NCBI RefSeq assembly: GCF_009914755.1
Contig: NC_060934.1
Strand: one strand, 5' to 3'
Length of the DNA stretch: 64,000 nt
DNA from: the human T2T-CHM13v2.0 reference genome, Homo sapiens
Below are positions 26,312 to 42,683 of this stretch, one piece after another. Each line of letters begins with the position of its first letter. Position 1 is the stretch's first letter. The notes under the pieces are model-generated. The model ran no database searches, was not told where the DNA came from, and saw only the letters and a list, made by a program, of their open reading frames with translations. Made by a program: the position numbers and the translations under genes.

Positions 26312-26828
26312 GTGAGACATATTCCCAATATTTGCGACAAGGGTTAGAAAGGTTTTCTTGTGGAGGCTTGAATTGTGTGTAAAGCAAAGCATTGTGTCCC
26401 TCTCAAAATGCTATAGTCAAAAATATATAAAATGGGCAAGGGAAGAGCACTTCACAACGGAAATTAAAACTAAATGAACTGCAGTCGATGCCCCAGACAT
26501 GGAATGCAGAAACTTCTTTTTTTCTAGTGGTTACTCACAGATCTCAGATTGCCAGCCAGATGTACCTTTTAGAGAGCCCTCTTCGGACCATTCCTAATCA
26601 TTAGCTCTTATTTGATCATTAGCTTACAGTCAGTAAACAGGCCTGGCCAAGAGGAAACTAGTTGGACCACCCTTTGCTTGTCAAAGATAATTTAAATCTG
26701 ACCAGTCTCCCACTTGTCTTTGCTTGAATTCTTAAGCAGTTCAGGCACTTTTAAATTTGTTTCACCAATTGCTTTAAATTGTCTTCTGTGTTTGGGGAGG
26801 CCCTGCCAAGTGTTTCAAGATACATTTA

Positions 26829-26960
<132 letters not shown>

Positions 26961-27631
26961 TTAAAAAATTAGCTGGGCGTGGTGGCACATGCCTGTAGTT
27001 CTAGCTACTTGGGAGGTTGAGGTGAGAGGATCACTGAACACCTGAGTCCAAGGCTGCAGTGAGCTATGACTGCGCCATTGCACTTCAGCCTCAGCAACAG
27101 GGACCCTGTCTCTAAAATAAATATATATAAAATATCTTTTTAAAAACTTTTTGTTATAAAAGTATTAGTTAAAGAGATCATTTCTGTGAGGTATATCAGT
27201 GGCAGGGAAAGCCACTAGTTTCTCAAACTGAACCAAGGGAACTTTAAAGTTGTGTTCTATCCCTTTCACTGCCTTTGAAAGTATAGAATCTGCTCATGAT
27301 ACAGGCATGCATTGAGTTATCCAAACACGCGGTTGATAGGAAGACTTTCTTTTTAGCTGTTGGTAGAATTAATATGTCTACAGAGGAAAGATTTCTAATT
27401 TTGAGTACAAATGACATTACACATGGGGTCAGGCACATTGAGGAAAACATCCAATTTAGTGTATTGATTGGGAATAGGACTTCTGACTTTCTGAATGGTA
27501 TTTTTGCAAACATAGTAAATTGTAAATTGTAAGTGTTGGGTTATTCACAAAGGATTTTGAATAGTGTATGTTGGACATTACTAAGATACTTAAAATATTC
27601 TTCCAATTTTATCTTTCCTTCTATGTAATAG

Positions 27632-28339
<708 letters not shown>

Positions 28340-29125
28340 AATGGAAGGCCACAGAAAAGGGGAAAAGAGGAAATAATACAGTAATCGTTAATCCAGCAAA
28401 AAGAAATGAAAAGGGAAAACCACATAGAAGGGTAATCCCGGAAATGCTTCATCTGGTGGACTGTGGGAGCAGAGGCATTGCCAGGACTTGGGAAACAGTC
28501 ACTGTGAAATGCGCTGCGTATCTCATTCACTCACTTCAGCTAATGATTCCGACTTGGCAGACGCTAAACTCATGGAGGTTCGGTTTCTCCTGATACAAAC
28601 CAAATGGCTACCTGGAAGAATTTCTTTCAAGCAACAGTTATTTTTCTTATCTTCAGGGTTAAAATGTATAAAAGTTATGTGTAATTAATCTATAATGCCA
28701 TAAATGATAATGCAAAACCTAAATAATATGGTGGCCGGAGGGGCTGCCTTATATTTGAAACATGCTTTCTATCATGCATTGACTGTATGCATTTTGTTAA
28801 TGCACATTCTGTTTGTTTAAGGTGTGTAAGATACACACCCTTCTAGATGAAACTATATGTGCCACACTTTGCACTACTCATAATGATAACCTCAAGACTA
28901 TCAGAAGAAATATTTAAATTTCCATTTTATGAAGAAAGGAACCAAATTATTATGCTTTTTAAAACAAATTACCAGTTTACATAATTAATCAGGGTGCATT
29001 TTAAGTTCTAACTTCGTTTATTGTATAATGCATCATTTGAAAATACCAAGGAGGAAATACCCTTTGTTTTTAATGATGCAAGAGTGGACGTAATGCTAGT
29101 TGGCAGTATTTTATTGTAAGAAATC

Positions 29126-29131
29126 AATAAA
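29126..29131 (+). terminator. NRBF2: NRBF2 polyadenylation signal
   Basis: AATAAA ~790 nt after the stop, followed by GT/T-rich sequence (ttgtgtttt...tttgttg). Confidence 0.85.
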
Positions 29132-29679
29132 GTAATTGTGTTTTATACCTTTGTTGAACGTGGTTGATAGTTAAAAAGCAAGGCACTGAGTGGCTTCTCT
29201 GTGCGTTGTAAACTTTGAATTTGAACAGATGCGGTTAGATGATTACTTTTGTGTGTCAAGGATTTTTTTTTTCTTTCAGTGTTTTGTAGTCCATTTCCCT
29301 TACAACTAGGGTGACAGAGAGTACAGAAGTTCCTGAGGTTTAAATGTATTGTTTCCAACCTTTTTCCTGACCACCACATGGAAAATGCTCAGGGCTGCTC
29401 TAGGCTGGAGGCAGCTGTCCCTTGGGCACCTGCCACCCTGTCAGAGCATAGTGTGGGGAAGTGCTGCTTTGGATTCTCTCTACCAAGCTGGATGATGTTC
29501 CATGAGAAGGAAGGGGAAGAGGAGAATATAAGCAAAACATTTGGGTGCAAGCTACTGGGCATGTTTAAAGCTTGGATTTGCTGTGTGGAATTACAGAAGT
29601 GAGAAAAATATATTGCCTTCTCTGAGGACAATTGGGTTGAGGAAGTTGGGTTAGGCTCACAAATCCAGTGACGAAACTA

Positions 29680-29856
<177 letters not shown>

Positions 29857-30271
29857 TTACTCCAGAGGCAGAGGTGGGAGGATGACTCGAGCCTGGGAGG
29901 TTGAGGCTGCAGTGAGCTCTCATCACACCACTGCATTCCAACCTGGACACCAGAGTGAGATTCTGTCTCAAAAAAAGCAGAAGTGACCATGGAGAAATCA
30001 TATTTTTTCCTGTCTCATCTTGCTGCAGATGAAACCAAAAATAAACTAGCCTGCCAAATTGTCTTGAGTTCTATACTTTCTTAAAAGTTACATTAATTTG
30101 CTGGGCACAGTGGCTCACGCTTGTAATCCCAGCACTTTGGGAGACTGAGGCAGGCGGATCACCTGAGGTCTGAAGTTCGAGACCAGCCTGATAAATATGG
30201 CAAAACCCTGTCTCTTACTAACAATACAAAGATTAGCCGAGTGTGGTGGCATGGGCCTGTAGTCCCAGCTA

Positions 30272-30406
<135 letters not shown>

Positions 30407-30562
30407 TTATCTCAGTGTTGTTTTTTTTTTATTATTTTTTCTGTTTGGTTGACTAGAATTTCTGTTCTGCTAAATATCTCAGTGTTTTAATATCCTAGAC
30501 TCGACATTTTACTTGCCTAACCTTGCTCATAAAACTTGACATTTAAAAGCTTGTGCCAAAAA

Positions 30563-30846
30563 TAGTCATGTGTTGCTTAACAAGGATGTGTTCTGAGGAA
30601 TGTGTTGTTAGGTGATTTTTTCATGTGAGCATCCTAAAGTGGACTTACACAAACCTAGAAGGCAGAGCCGACTCCACACCTAGGCTGTATAGTCTTGCTC
30701 CTGGGCTACAAACCTTTACAGCATGGGACTGTACTGGCTAGGCAGTTGTAACACAATGGCATTTGTATATCTAAATATAAAGGTATGGTCTTATAATCTG
30801 TCATGTGGCCCATCATTGGCTGAAATGTTATATGGCACATGACTCT
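30563..30846 (+). mobile_element. Tigger3a (MER7A)-like TcMar element
   Basis: Ends agtcatgtgttgcttaac / gttatatggcacatgact; internal acacctaggctgtatag. Confidence 0.7.
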
Positions 30847-30931
30847 ATTAGCCTAGCCATTTCTCTCTAAAAGATGAGCTCTGTTAGAGGTACCACTGTA
30901 CCTCTGCTACTTTCTGCTTCCCAAGGAGGCA

Positions 30932-31700
30932 TTGGAGACTAGGATATTGTGATTTATAAGAAGAAATAAATATTTTGCTGTTTGTCTCTGGTTCCTGGCA
31001 CAGAGCTCACAAGTCTGTAATTTCCTGGCTGGTAGGAACTTTTGTTCTAATGTGATGACTCTCAGTGGGCCCCTGGATAGGGATTGGACACAAGAGAGAC
31101 CAGCATGATTAGAAGCTTAAAACTTTCAGCCCCATGCCCCATCCTTTGGAAGGGGAGAGAGGCTGCAGATTGAGTTACAATTGATTATGCCCATATGATT
31201 AAGTCTCCATAAAAATCCCTGAACTACAGGATCCTGAGAGCGTCCGTGTTACGGAACATGTGGAGCTGGTGTGCCCTGAGAGGACACAGAAGCCCCGTGT
31301 CCCTGCCCCATGTCTGTCTCCCATCTAGCTGTTCTGATAAGTACTTTCATAATAAATGGTTAAATGTAAATAAGATGTTTCCCTAAGCCATTCTAGCAAA
31401 GGATTGAATCCAAAAGTGTGAGGCAGCAGTGGGGAGTGTTGTGGGAACCTCTGATTTGCAACTGGTTGGTCAGAATACCAGGTTGAACCGGGGATTTGTG
31501 GTTGGGTCTGAATTAAGGGTAGTCTTGTGGGACTGAGCCCATAACCTCCAGGTAGGTAGAGTCAGAGTTGAGTTAAATTTGCAAGATCACCTACCAGAGA
31601 ATTGATGTGTGGGAAAAAAAAAAAAAAAGCTCACATCCGGTGCTGGAAGTGAAGTACTGAGAGTGGAGAGAAAAAAAGTGTTGCTTTTTCATTTTTTTTT
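30932..31700. mobile_element. MER21-like LTR
   Basis: tctggttcctggcacagagctc... ttgtgggactgagccc; boundaries approximate. Confidence 0.55.
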
Positions 31701-32425
31701 TAAGATCATTTTATTTTTTGAGATGGTCTCACTGTTGCCCAGGCTGAAGTACAGTGGATCAATCATGGTTCACTGCAGCCTTGATCCTCCCGGGCTCAAG
31801 GGATCTTCCTACCTCAGCCTCCCAAGTACCAAGGACTACAGGTGTGCCACCACACCTGATTTTTTAATTTTTTGTAGAGACGGAATTTCACTATGTTGCC
31901 CAGGCTGGTCTTGAACTCCTGGCCTGAAGTGATCCTCCTGCCTCAACCTCCAAAAGTGCTGGGATTACAGGCGTGAGCTACCACGACTGGCCTGGTTTTT
32001 CTTTATTCAGAGACCATCTGGTGAGACTTGAGTTTGTCTTTACACTCAACAGAAAAAAACTTCATGTCCATTTTTAATGATAACCCTTCATTTGTGAGCA
32101 GTTGTGGTTAGAATCTTGTTTGAAAATGACTAAGATGGATGCTTGTGTGAGGCAGCCTGCCACAGGGTGTTTATAACCTATTTGAAGAGTCAGGGTGTAA
32201 ACTAATAGTAGCTATTATTTATTGATTCATTCTAGATCATAGGTTATGTGAAGATTAAAAGTGTTTAATTTTAGTATCATTATATTGTGTCATAATCCCA
32301 GTGTAGCCTAATCAAAGATCTCTGGGAGTGGATGGCGTGACTGTTTAAAAAAGTAAAGGGCATCCTCAGATTATTTGTTGTTTCCCAGGTGCAATCTTGT
32401 CCTTTTACCAGCTACTGCTAACCAA

Positions 32426-32444
32426 CACTGCCATCTGGTGGACA
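32426..32444 (-). promoter_or_regulatory. CTCF-binding motif
   Basis: Minus strand TGTCCACCAGATGGCAGTG, close to the CCACCAG(G/A)(G/T)GGC(G/A) core consensus, in unique-looking DNA. Confidence 0.65.
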
Positions 32445-33069
32445 GTAAGAAACTTCTGGTTCTTGTTGGGTCCATTAGCCAGGAAGGGTATTATGGTGTC
32501 CAGACTCAAGGCTAGGCCCTGCCAATGACTGACATGGAAAAATGAATCTGTTGGGGTCTTACTTGACTTCCTGTCTGGAACAGATATGGAAAACCAATTC
32601 AAAAAGAGTCTTTAAGAAGCCTGGGCCAGGTTAGTGCAGGCAGGGACTGTAGTCTTGCATACTAGTTTCCTGTCTGATAAGACCTTTCAGGTTTTGCTGC
32701 CTGGGTTTAATCTCAAGAAGGTTGACCCTCAATGGGCCTGGAAGTGCCTGGAGGTTAGGTTGAAAGCTATCATTAGCAAGACTTCGTCTAGCTTGGGAGA
32801 AGGGTTTACTGATCTGGAGAATTTGGCAGCCAAAGCAGGCCTGAAACAATACCAATTTCTTTAGAAAAGAATCAACTTGATGTTTGCTCAGGACCTGGGA
32901 AGGAGGTGTGGTGGGCCACAAAGAGTTAACCAAGTCTGGACGCAGTGGCTTACACCTGTAATCCCAGCACTTTGGGAGGCCGAGGCGGGTGGATCATTTG
33001 AGGTCAGGAGTTCAAAACCAGCCTGGCCAACATGGTGAAACCCCATCTCTACTAGAAATACAAAAATTA

Positions 33070-33294
<225 letters not shown>

Positions 33295-33374
33295 TTATGC
33301 TACTAAAAATACAAAGTAGCTGGTATACTTTTCACCTTCAGGAAAGTATCTGGGATCAAAGAATGGGGAAATGA

Positions 33375-33667
<293 letters not shown>

Positions 33668-35904
33668 TGAGCCACTGCGCCTGGCTGTATTTCTAGAACA
33701 GCAGGAACAAAGGCATGGAATTAAGGGAGGTGAGTAATCTTGGTCAGAATCATATCATAGTAGGACAATATGAGATGAAATTTGAGGGAGGCTCAAGTGG
33801 ATTAGCTTTTTATTTCCTAAAGGTGAAGGGGCCAGGATCAGGTTCCAGACTTGAGGAATGGAAAATATTTGGAATAGGCCCTCAGAGTTAGGGCCGAAAG
33901 AATCCAAGTGAAGGCGAGTTTAGTTTTTGCGTTCTTAGTCTGTTTCTCTAATGTGGGCACACTACATTAGAAAAAAAGTGGGAGGGGTAGTCCAGATATG
34001 ACAGAAGGATAAACGGTGAAGGAATCAAGAATACAAATGAGAATGTCTTTAAAGTTGCTAAACACAGATTCCAGGATGTACAGGAAGACAAAGGAGACAG
34101 GTTAATTAGGGAGTGGGATAGGGCTGAGGGACCAAAGCCTCCTAAGTAAGTGATGCCCAAAGGTAGTTTCCAGAAAGAGGAAAGGGAGTTTGTCATCTGA
34201 GAGAGGGACTCTTGATTTGGTTGATTAGAAGAACCAAACAACGATTAGCCCTAGGCTTCCTCCATGGAAATTCCCTAAAGAAAAGTCTTGCTATTCAGAG
34301 TGTTATTAAGTCCCAGGGTCTTCATTGCCACTAATAGATCTTTTTGGAGGGACTGATATCAGATATTTCCCTATTCTTAGGAGGAGATGGCTGTTCAGGG
34401 AAGGCCAGATGTTAACAGAAGAAACAGAAGGATATTAAACATGCCATTAAGCTGGTGACTGGAAAAGAAAAAAAAAGTTAAACATTGCCACAAAATCCTT
34501 TGGTTTCAGTGTTAAAACTAAATAAACCTCTATGGAGGCAGCAAGATGTTAAATGGGGCAAGAGGGTCATAGACCAGTTTTCATCCTTAGGTAATTTTCA
34601 TTTATTTGAAATACCCACACTTTGGGCATTGTGGTAAATTCCAGAAGGGCACTTGTCTTGGTCTTTAAATTTGGTTGAATACAGTACTTGAGGTATTGGT
34701 TGGATTTTTGAAAGGTAGCCTCATTTATTGAAAGGCTGGCAACGATAAATAGGCTCACGATTCAAAATGGAGCGATACAGACTTACATTGCTTGTCCATG
34801 GTTCTGTGATGATAAATCTGTATGTGGGACTATGAAGCTATTAGAAATGTTCAGTTTAAGTGTTTGACATATTGATATGCTGACAGAAAAAACGGTATGC
34901 CAATTTTTATGTAATGATCTATGCTCTGTAGAGTGGAATACATAGAAAAGATTTGTCAGAAGTAAGCCAATAACCGTGATCGCCTCTGGGTGGGGAAATT
35001 ACAGGTGTCCCCTCTCCAGGTACCCTCCCTTCCCCCCATTCCTTACACTTCTTAGTCCTCACATTATCTTGATAAGTTTGGGAAAAAAATAGATAAAACC
35101 CGTGAGGTTTTTAAGAATCAGAAACAATTTGAGCTCAAATCAATTAGTGGTCACCCCTGTATACCTTTTAAATAAACCCCTCTAATAGTTGACAGTAGTG
35201 GCTTCTGGCTCACTGGGTATCACAGAAAACTTTAGCTTAACTTAGTTTAAACATTAGGAACACAAAATTAGGTGACTATGAGAATTTTCCAGTTGACCAA
35301 AATTTTTTCAACTGACTTGAAAAATCCAGCCACCTGCTAAAGGTTGGAAAGACATGACTGGAATACTTAGCTGGACTCCTAACTCAGGTTGCATACAGGA
35401 AAGCAGACTACAGTGGCCCAGGGATGAGCAGCAATTTTCTAGGACTAAGTAATTTCTGGAGCTTGTACATTTAGAACACATTTACAACAATTTGTCATGG
35501 GACTCAATCTAAAGGGGCTAAATTGCTACTTTTATTTATCCTCTGGGAGGGAATGTGAGAAATAATGGATCAAGTCACATGATACCAATTCAACAGATAT
35601 GCCAAATCCTTAATGTTCTAGAATGGGTTTCTGAAATCCTATGATTTCATTGGTTTTAGAAAGCTTTGATTCGAAGAATCTTTTGGTGTACAAGTTAATT
35701 CAGCTGTAAGTTAGTTTTGAACATGTAAATTTCTTCCAACATAATATATTGTTTGCTTAGTGGGCAATTCATTCTGCAAGAAAATGAACGCAGAAAACTG
35801 CACCTCTTGAACCAAGCTGCAGGGAAACACATAAAGCACATACACACACCTCCAATAGATACCAGCTAACTTCTTTCAGTGACATTGAACTACACCCATC
35901 CATA

Positions 35905-36012
35905 CTCCCTTTCCCTCTGATTCTAGATAGCCCACCTTCCAGATAACCCACCTTCTTTTCCCTCTATTCCAGATAGCCCTTCATTTCACAGGAAGTCAAA
36001 TCACAAACCACA
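35905..36012. promoter_or_regulatory. Candidate haematopoietic enhancer core (GATA x3, ETS, GFI1-like, RUNX)
   Basis: AGATAG 35925, AGATAA 35941, AGATAG 35971, ACAGGAAGT 35988, AAATCACA 35998, AACCACA 36006. Confidence 0.55.
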
Positions 36013-37307
36013 ACCCTTCTGAGGCCCATTTCAAGTCGTCTTCAAGGTAAAGTGCCATATTTGTTTGTAGTGCTTATATATTTCTTAAATGTTTAACATG
36101 TGTAAACCCACTGTTTTTAAATGTGTCACTGGTGAAGTTTTAAAGTGCTATGCCCTAATACCATTTTTCATATAAGCCCTGTGGTTTGTATTTGTGGGAC
36201 TTTTCATAGTGTAGTGATTTTTAGAAACTAAAATGGAATTCAGTTTCCTAAAAGGTTGTATAGGCTGGCCTTTTTCCTTTCTGTATGAAATGTTTGCTTA
36301 ATAAAATATTTTGTTGTTCAACATAATTTGTTTCTGCAAAACAGGAGTAAATTCTAGTTATTCAAAAATTTTGGGGACGAGTCCCCACATACGGATTACC
36401 CACTCCCAAATAAATTAGGGGATAAAATAAATATATTAGGTTGGCTATAAAATGTTTTTTTGTTTGTTTTGGGAGGCGGGGTCTGGCTGTGTCACCCATG
36501 CTAGAGTACAGTGGTGTGATCTTGGGCTCACTGCAACCTCTGTCTCTTGGGTTCGAGCTATTCTCCTGCCTCAGACTCCAGAGTAGCTGGGATTACAGGC
36601 ATGCACCAATACACCCAGCTAATTTTTGTATTTTTAGTAGAGACGGGGTTTCACCATGTTGCCCAGCCTGGTCTCGAACTCCTGACCTCAAGTAATCTGC
36701 CGGCCTCAGCCTCTCAAAGTGCTAGGATTACAGGCATGAACCATCATGCCCGGCCTCAGTTCACTGATTAAGAAAAACGCCTCAGGCTACCACAGTATCT
36801 TCTAGATGTTTAATGTGAAAATAATGTGATTGTATTTTATCTATAGAATGGGAGAGATGAGACTACATTGACTTGCCTATGACATCCTGGTAGTTGTTTA
36901 CTGGACATCTATGATAGGAATTTGTCTATTTGACATTCACCTCTTATAAAGGCCATTCCAAGAAGCAGCTCCTTCCCTGCTGCCCTTCTAGAACAAGAAA
37001 TGAAGAGTGAATGACTTTGTAAATCTCTCTTGAAAAGTGTATAGAAGTCTCAGTGAATGTGTTTATAAAAAAGGGCCAAACGGAGATCTAAATATGTACA
37101 CATTTGCTGTCCTTTTTGTTACTTGAAGGGTTGTGCAAATACTACCTTTCTGAAGCCTTCCCTAACCCCAGGCAAAATTTATTACAGCTTTTCCAAATAC
37201 TTTGTATATACCTGTTATATAATATTTAGCATAGATGGGCCAATCCTCAGCATCTTTTTTTAAATTTTTTAACCATCACATCACCAATGCCTGCCTAACA
37301 CTTTTGA

Positions 37308-37502
<195 letters not shown>

Positions 37503-37688
37503 TAGTAGAGATGGGGTTTCACCATGTTGGTAAGGCTGGTCTCGAACTTCTGACCTCAGGTGATCCATCCGCCTCAGCCTCCCAAAGTGCTGGGATTACA
37601 GGCGTGGGCCACCGCACGTGGCCCAAGATAGTTCTACCTTACACTTACGTAGGGCATGGCATGTGTGGCTGGAAACAGTGATCCCTGA

Positions 37689-38360
<672 letters not shown>

Positions 38361-38709
38361 TAGCTATAGCCAGTTGTGAAAACCTCCCCAGCCAAGAAAG
38401 GGAACTAACTTACAAGGCATGCAGCCAGTGACCTGGAGCCTGCCAACATTTCATTGTCACTTAAAAGTCAATTAATTGTCATTAAAAGAACCAGGCTGAT
38501 TACTGTGGGAGCCAAAGTACTTCACATACTACTCACATTTGCTATATTTTTATACAGTTTCAAAGCATATCTATCTAGGTTTACATAGTAATTGCATAAC
38601 CAGGCCATGTCATAACTTTTGCAGTTGGAAAGGTCTGAGTCTGCATCCTGGTGACAGGCCTGGCAGCATACATAACCTTGTGTCTTGGCCAACTTGTTAT
38701 CCCAATTCA

Positions 38710-39082
<373 letters not shown>

Positions 39083-39540
39083 CTAAATCACTTTTTCCTC
39101 TCCCATGGCTGACTGCTGATCTCATTTGTGAGAGCATCTTTAATAGGCTGGCATCTAGAAACAGAACATGTTGTATCAATCTATCTATGGTATACATGCA
39201 CAGAGCAAAGTAAAGGTATGACAGCACTTTTCTGAAGCTTATTAATTTTACCCAGATGTTATTAAATCCATAACCCATCTACCAAGAAGGGAAGTGACAG
39301 AAAACCAGACACTGATTTGTCTGGGTATTACAGTCCCCAGATGCATGGCAGAAATGAATTTGAATGCACGTATTGATTATTCATGAAAAATCCATATTCC
39401 AGTAAAAACATTATCAATTAGGGCCAGGTGTGGTGGCTTACACTTGTAATCCCAGCACTTTGGGAGGCTGAGGTGGGAAGATCACTTGAGCTCAGGAGAG
39501 ACCAGCCTTGGTAACGTAGTGAGAGAGACCTCATCTCTTC

Positions 39541-39571
<31 letters not shown>

Positions 39572-39645
39572 AATAAATAAATAACATTTTAAAAATCACG
39601 CCTCTAATCCCAGCACTTTGAGAGGCTGAGACTGGCAGATCATCA

Positions 39646-40022
<377 letters not shown>

Positions 40023-41339
40023 TCAAAAAACATTATACACTAGAATGGGAAAGAACTAAAGTAAAGTATTCACCACGACTTTCCCTTTATAAAGGCTCTT
40101 TGTTGTTTCTCAAATTATTGTACACATTTAAGATAACACCATACCACCGTCTGGAGGGAGCTGACATACTCAGACATACTCCTGAGGCGCATCAGACCCA
40201 ACCAAAAGGATGGAGAGAAAAAGGCCAGAGGAACTGCTCCAGTGATTAGGGAGTAATCAGCAATCAATCAACTCCCCAGCCTTCCAAAAAGCTTACAAAT
40301 GTCATTAAGGATGTAAGCATTATGGTCCTCTCTCTTCACCCCAGATTTACAAGGAATTAATTAGGTCAGCAGCATGGAATTCAGACTATGGATACAATAT
40401 TCTTCAGACTACGGATAGAATACTGTCATTAAGGTGGGTTTGCACTGAAACAAGCCACATTACCTGGCTTTATCTTCGTTAGCTTCAGCTATTCAGAATA
40501 AGTTGTAAATATGGTTAAAAGGTGGCTCATGCAAGAGCAAGAGAAGCAAAAGGTTTTGAGGAAAAACAATCACCACAGACTTCGGGATCCTGGCAGGCTT
40601 TAGGGGACCAGCAGGTGGTACTCTACTCCAGAATTAACACCTTGGCTTTCACTTAATTTTACATCAAAATTAAATCAGATGGAACATATGAAAGCATTAG
40701 ACAAAAGCCACTTTATCAGCTGAGGCACATTTGGAAAAATGGTATTTAAAAAAGTCAAAAGCTCACCAAAGAAGGTTCACAAAATCATCTGAAATATTCC
40801 TCAGGCCAATTTTTCTTTCTAGCCAAGTAGTCATTATCCATCCCATGATAAGTATAGGTAATTAATGTGAAATGCCACATGTAGGTAATTCACATGAAAT
40901 GTAATTGCTCACATTCCTGGCTGAACCTTGCCTGAAGTGGAGGGTGTTGTAACAGATTACATGGAGCTAAACGATGGTGACATAAGGAAAAACAGTATAA
41001 ACTAAGCAACTTGCAAGGTGTCACAACTTGGACTCCCACTTTTTTCTTTTAAGCTGAATGCTTTCAGTTGAGAAGAAAGGCTATCCTCTCAATATCCTGC
41101 AGGTGTCAGTGGAGAGCTACATCTTTCCAGTAACTTAAAGGGTTGGGAATATGTCAGCCTTAACCAACCGACAATAGCAGCCAGCTATTAAAACCAAGAC
41201 TTCAAATTAATTAAAATAACTTTCTAAGGTCATACAGTAAGTGGCAGAACTCATATTTATACCCAGGATGACTGACTTCGGGCTCTTCTCTGCCCCCAGT
41301 GTCATGCTTGTCAACAGAGGGAGTACTCTGGAAAAAGTC

Positions 41340-42161
41340 AATTTTTGATAAAGTCCTTTTAATGGAAAATGTAAAACCCCTTTCAACTTTAATGTACAAA
41401 GCCATATGTAACACTTGCACTTTAACAAAAGCAAGCCAATGTTTTAAAAAAATACATCATTAAATGTATATATGTATATATTTACATAGCATATTAAGTT
41501 TAATATTTAGCTTTAAAAGTTCACATAAATTTTACCAAAATGAGACAATTTTAAATAAATTACACCTTTTGAAAATGTTTAATTGTACAGTCAATAGCTT
41601 CAACAAAATATTGAAGTGTCTGTATTTAGTATCTACTTTATATACTTTATACTTTACAAATTTTACAATTATTTGGCAGTAATTTTCTGATTATGACATG
41701 ACTGCTGTGCGATTCAGCAATTTCCCAGATGCAGGCAATAGCTGGTGTTTGTGTCCTATTCTCACAGTAACTGTCTCAATGTAGTGAAAAATATCAGTAA
41801 TTTTAGTAAACTGTACAAGGTCACATTTACACTTGATCAACAATATAGCATAGAATTTTTTATTTTTTACCAAAAATAAATACATCATTTTAAATCTGGC
41901 ATTTTCACAAACATCATATACACTATAATACAAAACAGCTATATAGTGCTGCTTTTAAAATTCTGCTTGTTTTATAACATTGAATCACAGGAGCTGTGAC
42001 ATATGCTATACTGCTGTGGTGTCAGTAACAAGTAATTACTACAAAGAGAATTTCTTGGCACTGATGGTTTTATGAAGCTTAAAGTCAGTGTGCATACATA
42101 TCATCATTCAAGGTTAAGTAATCCCAGTTCAACAACCTAAAAATATCAAACTGGATCACAC
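41340..42161 (-). other. JMJD1C: JMJD1C AU-rich 3' UTR with tandem polyadenylation signals
   Basis: Minus-strand AATAAA at 41859-41864 and ATTAAA at 41388-41393 and 41358-41363; exact cleavage site not determinable. Confidence 0.7.
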
Positions 42162-42251
42162 TTAATTTTCTTCCATATCCTCTACTTCATCCTCGTGTAT
42201 CTTCAAGGCTCTCACCATTTCTTTGACTGCATGATACAAAATATTTTTAAC
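42162..42251 (-). CDS. JMJD1C: JMJD1C last coding exon (VKNILYHAVKEMVRALKIHEDEVEDMEEN*)
   Basis: Acceptor ctctttcag, 90 nt ending TAA; the nine exons total 1332 nt in one frame. Confidence 0.95.
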   Translation of the reverse strand, partial: VKNILYHAVKEMVRALKIHEDEVEDMEEN

Positions 42252-42551
42252 CTGAAAGAGATGTTGATATTTCTAATCACTTCAGTTCGACAGAAATTAA
42301 TTAAAAAATGACAACTTCCAGATTTAAAAAAATAATAGGGAACTAGGAAAGCCAAATATAAGAAAAATGTTTGAAAGTGTTAAGCCAAAAGGGACACTAT
42401 AAATCATACAATTAAATACATGTTGGTGTTAATCTTTGGTTGTCACCCTAATGTGACCAACTAGGCAATGACTGCCTAAGCTGTTATACATGTATCATAT
42501 TTCTGAATATAAAAAGCCTGAAGAACAGGACCTAGAACACCCAACTCTTAC

Positions 42552-42683
42552 CTGTAGTTTATCATCATAATTGATTTCTTCCTTCAAAAGTCTCAGTTCC
42601 TGTGTTAAATGAAATGACTCTACAAGATGTTCTGGAGACACAAAATCTTCAGTTACCTGAATACAGCTGTGAAAATTCTGAAC
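42552..42683 (-). CDS. JMJD1C: JMJD1C penultimate exon (VQNFHSCIQVTEDFVSPEH...DDKLQ)
   Basis: Acceptor ttttggggatag, 132 nt, donor CAG|GTAAGA. Confidence 0.95.

Noticed and set aside
32405-32933. Overlapping non-Alu ORFs on both strands
   Set aside because: No recognisable protein similarity, mostly non-ATG starts, no exon structure
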